In this document: in pieces, positions 62,125 to 64,000 of the stretch | Layout of the letters: each line of letters opens with the position of its first letter | How positions within the stretch are numbered: position 1 is the first letter of the stretch | NCBI RefSeq assembly: GCF_009914755.1 | Contig: NC_060925.1 | Strand: one strand, 5' to 3' | DNA length: 64,000 nucleotides | Origin: the human T2T-CHM13v2.0 reference genome, Homo sapiens | Notes under the pieces: generated by a model | Seen by the model: the letters and a program-made list of their open reading frames with translations, nothing else | Databases searched by the model: none | Told to the model about the DNA's origin: nothing | Position numbers and translations under genes: made by a program

Positions 62125-62345
62125 CACTACTTAAAATCCTTTCAGCCTCACTTCTTATTCCAGCCACTGCTGCGGCTACCTAACTAATACCTGCTTTGGT
62201 CAGTTTCATCCAGGAGCAAACTGACAGTCTCTCCCTATGTGCCTCTCACTTTCTACCTTGCCTGGGGCTTTTCTGATGCCCTGAGGCATGGGACACCTAC
62301 AAAAACTTGCCCAAAACTTGTATCAGTCTGAGATCAATAAGAGAA
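62125..62345 (+). mobile_element. LTR16-like ERVL LTR fragment
   Basis: ccagccactgctgcgg...ctgacag...tctcactttct...gggcttttctgatgcc...ggcatgggacacct. Weak match. Confidence 0.4.
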
Positions 62346-62459
62346 GCAGAACCATTAGAGGCTCAATTTATATTTATATTTGTTACCGGGATTTCACCTT
62401 AAATAATTGATGCTGGTTAGACTATCGGTGTAAAGCCACAGTATTGTTTTAATATTGTC

Positions 62460-64000
62460 TTTTTTTTTTTTTTACTGTAAATAATAATGTTTTATTTTCA
62501 ATGGAAAGTTCAATGTCCTTTGTACCTGCAAAGGACACGAGTTCATTCTTTTTTATGGCTGGTGGTTTGTTGCACTCATTAACCCGTTATCTACATTAGG
62601 TATTTCTCCTAATGTTATCCCTCCCCTTGCTCCCTACCCCCTGACAGGCCCCATTGTGTGATGTTCTCCTCCTTGTGTCCATGTGTTCTCATTGTTCACC
62701 TCCCACTTATGAGTGAGTACATGTAGTCTTTGGTTTCAGTTCCTGTGTTAGTTTACTGAGAATGATGGTTTCCAGCTTCATCCATGTCCCTGCAAAGGAC
62801 ATGAACTCATTATTTTTTATGGCTGCATAGTATTCCATAGTGTATATGTGTCACATTTTCTTTATCCAGTTTATTATTGATGGGCATTTGAGTTGGTTCC
62901 AAGTCCTTGCTATTGTGAATAGTGCTGCAATAAACATATGTGTGCATGTGTCTTTATAGTAGAATGATTTATAATCCTTTGGGTATATACCCAGCAATGG
63001 GATTCCTGGGTCAAATGGTATTTCTGATTGTAGATCCTTGAGGAATTGCCACACTCTCTTCCACAATGGTTGAACTAACATACACTCCCACCAACAGTGT
63101 AAAAGTGTTCTTATTTCTCTACATCTTCTCCAGCATCTGTTGTTTCCTGACCTTTTAATGATTGCCATTCTAACCGGTGTGAGATGGTATCTTATTGTGG
63201 TTTTGATTTGCATTTCTCTAATGACCCATGATGATGAGTGTTTTTTATATGTTTGTTCACCACATAAATGTCTTCTTTTGAGAAGTGTCTGTTCACATCT
63301 TTTGCCCACTTTTTGATGGGGTTGTTTGGTTTTTTCTTGTAAATTTGTTTAAGTTCCTTGTAGATTCTGGATATTAGCCCTTTGTCAGGATAGATTGCAA
63401 AATTTTTTCCGATTCTGTAGGTTGCCTGTTTACTCTGATGATAGTTTCTTTTGCCGTGCAGAAGCTCTTTAGTTTAATTAGATCCCATTTGTCAATTTTG
63501 GGTTTTGTTACAATTGCTTTTGGTGTTTTAGTCTTAAAGTCTTTGCCCATGCCTATGTCCTGAATGGTATTGCCTAGGTTTTCTTCTAGGGTTTTTATGG
63601 TTTTAGGTCTTATGTTTAAGTCTTTAATCCATCTTGAGTTAATTTTTGTATAAGGTGTAAGGAAGGGGTCCAGTTTCAGTTTTCTGCATATGGCTAGCCA
63701 GTTTTCTCCACACCATTTATTAATAAGGAATCCTTTCCTTTCCCCATTGCTTGTTTTCATCAGGTTTGTCAATGATCAGATGGTTGTGGATATGTGGTGT
63801 TATTTCTGAGGACTCTGTTTTGTTCCATTGGTCTACATATCTGTTTTGGTACCAGTACCATGCTGTTTTGGTTACTGTAGCCTTGAGGTATAGTTTGAAG
63901 TCAGGTAATGTAATGCTTCCAGCTTTGTTCTTTTTACTTAGGATTGTCTTGGCTATATGAGCTCTTTTTTGGTTCCATATGAAATTTAAAGTAGTTTTTT
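62460..64000 (-). mobile_element. L1PA7/8-like element (3'UTR and ORF2 C-terminal part; runs off the window) with atypical 3' end
   Basis: Antisense ORF2 fragments (62851-63309, 63374-63772), 3'UTR, poly(T) at 62460-62473. Confidence 0.93.

Overview
Primate (human-like) AT-rich, gene-poor DNA, probably intergenic or deep intronic, with no CpG island and no recognisable protein-coding gene. By my tally roughly 60% is interspersed repeat. L1 content: a full-length but dead L1PA7-like element (42805-49092), a 4.7-kb L1PB1, two 5'-inverted (twin-primed) L1 insertions, several short 3' fragments and old L1M/L1MD remnants. LTR content: a complete THE1 MaLR provirus, solo LTRs (MER31, MLT2A2, MER39, MLT1A0 x2, MSTD, MER11C, MSTA, LTR8) and an ERVL pol fossil. 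There are also 7 Alus, L2/MIR relics and DNA-transposon MITEs (MER102, MER44A, MER30, MER20). The recognisable ORFs in the six-frame track are L1, Alu or THE1 fragments; the rest look like chance ORFs. I find no evidence of a new multi-gene system. The most notable items are structural: an L1 with a non-standard, fold-back-derived polyadenylated 3' end; a ~200-bp L1 with a 43-bp inversion very close to its poly(A); a twin-primed L1 splitting a MER11C; a possible MSTA-LTR-initiated spliced transcript next to a CTCF-like site; and one isolated in-frame exon candidate. Repeat subfamily names were assigned by eye from remembered consensus sequences and need RepeatMasker/Dfam confirmation.
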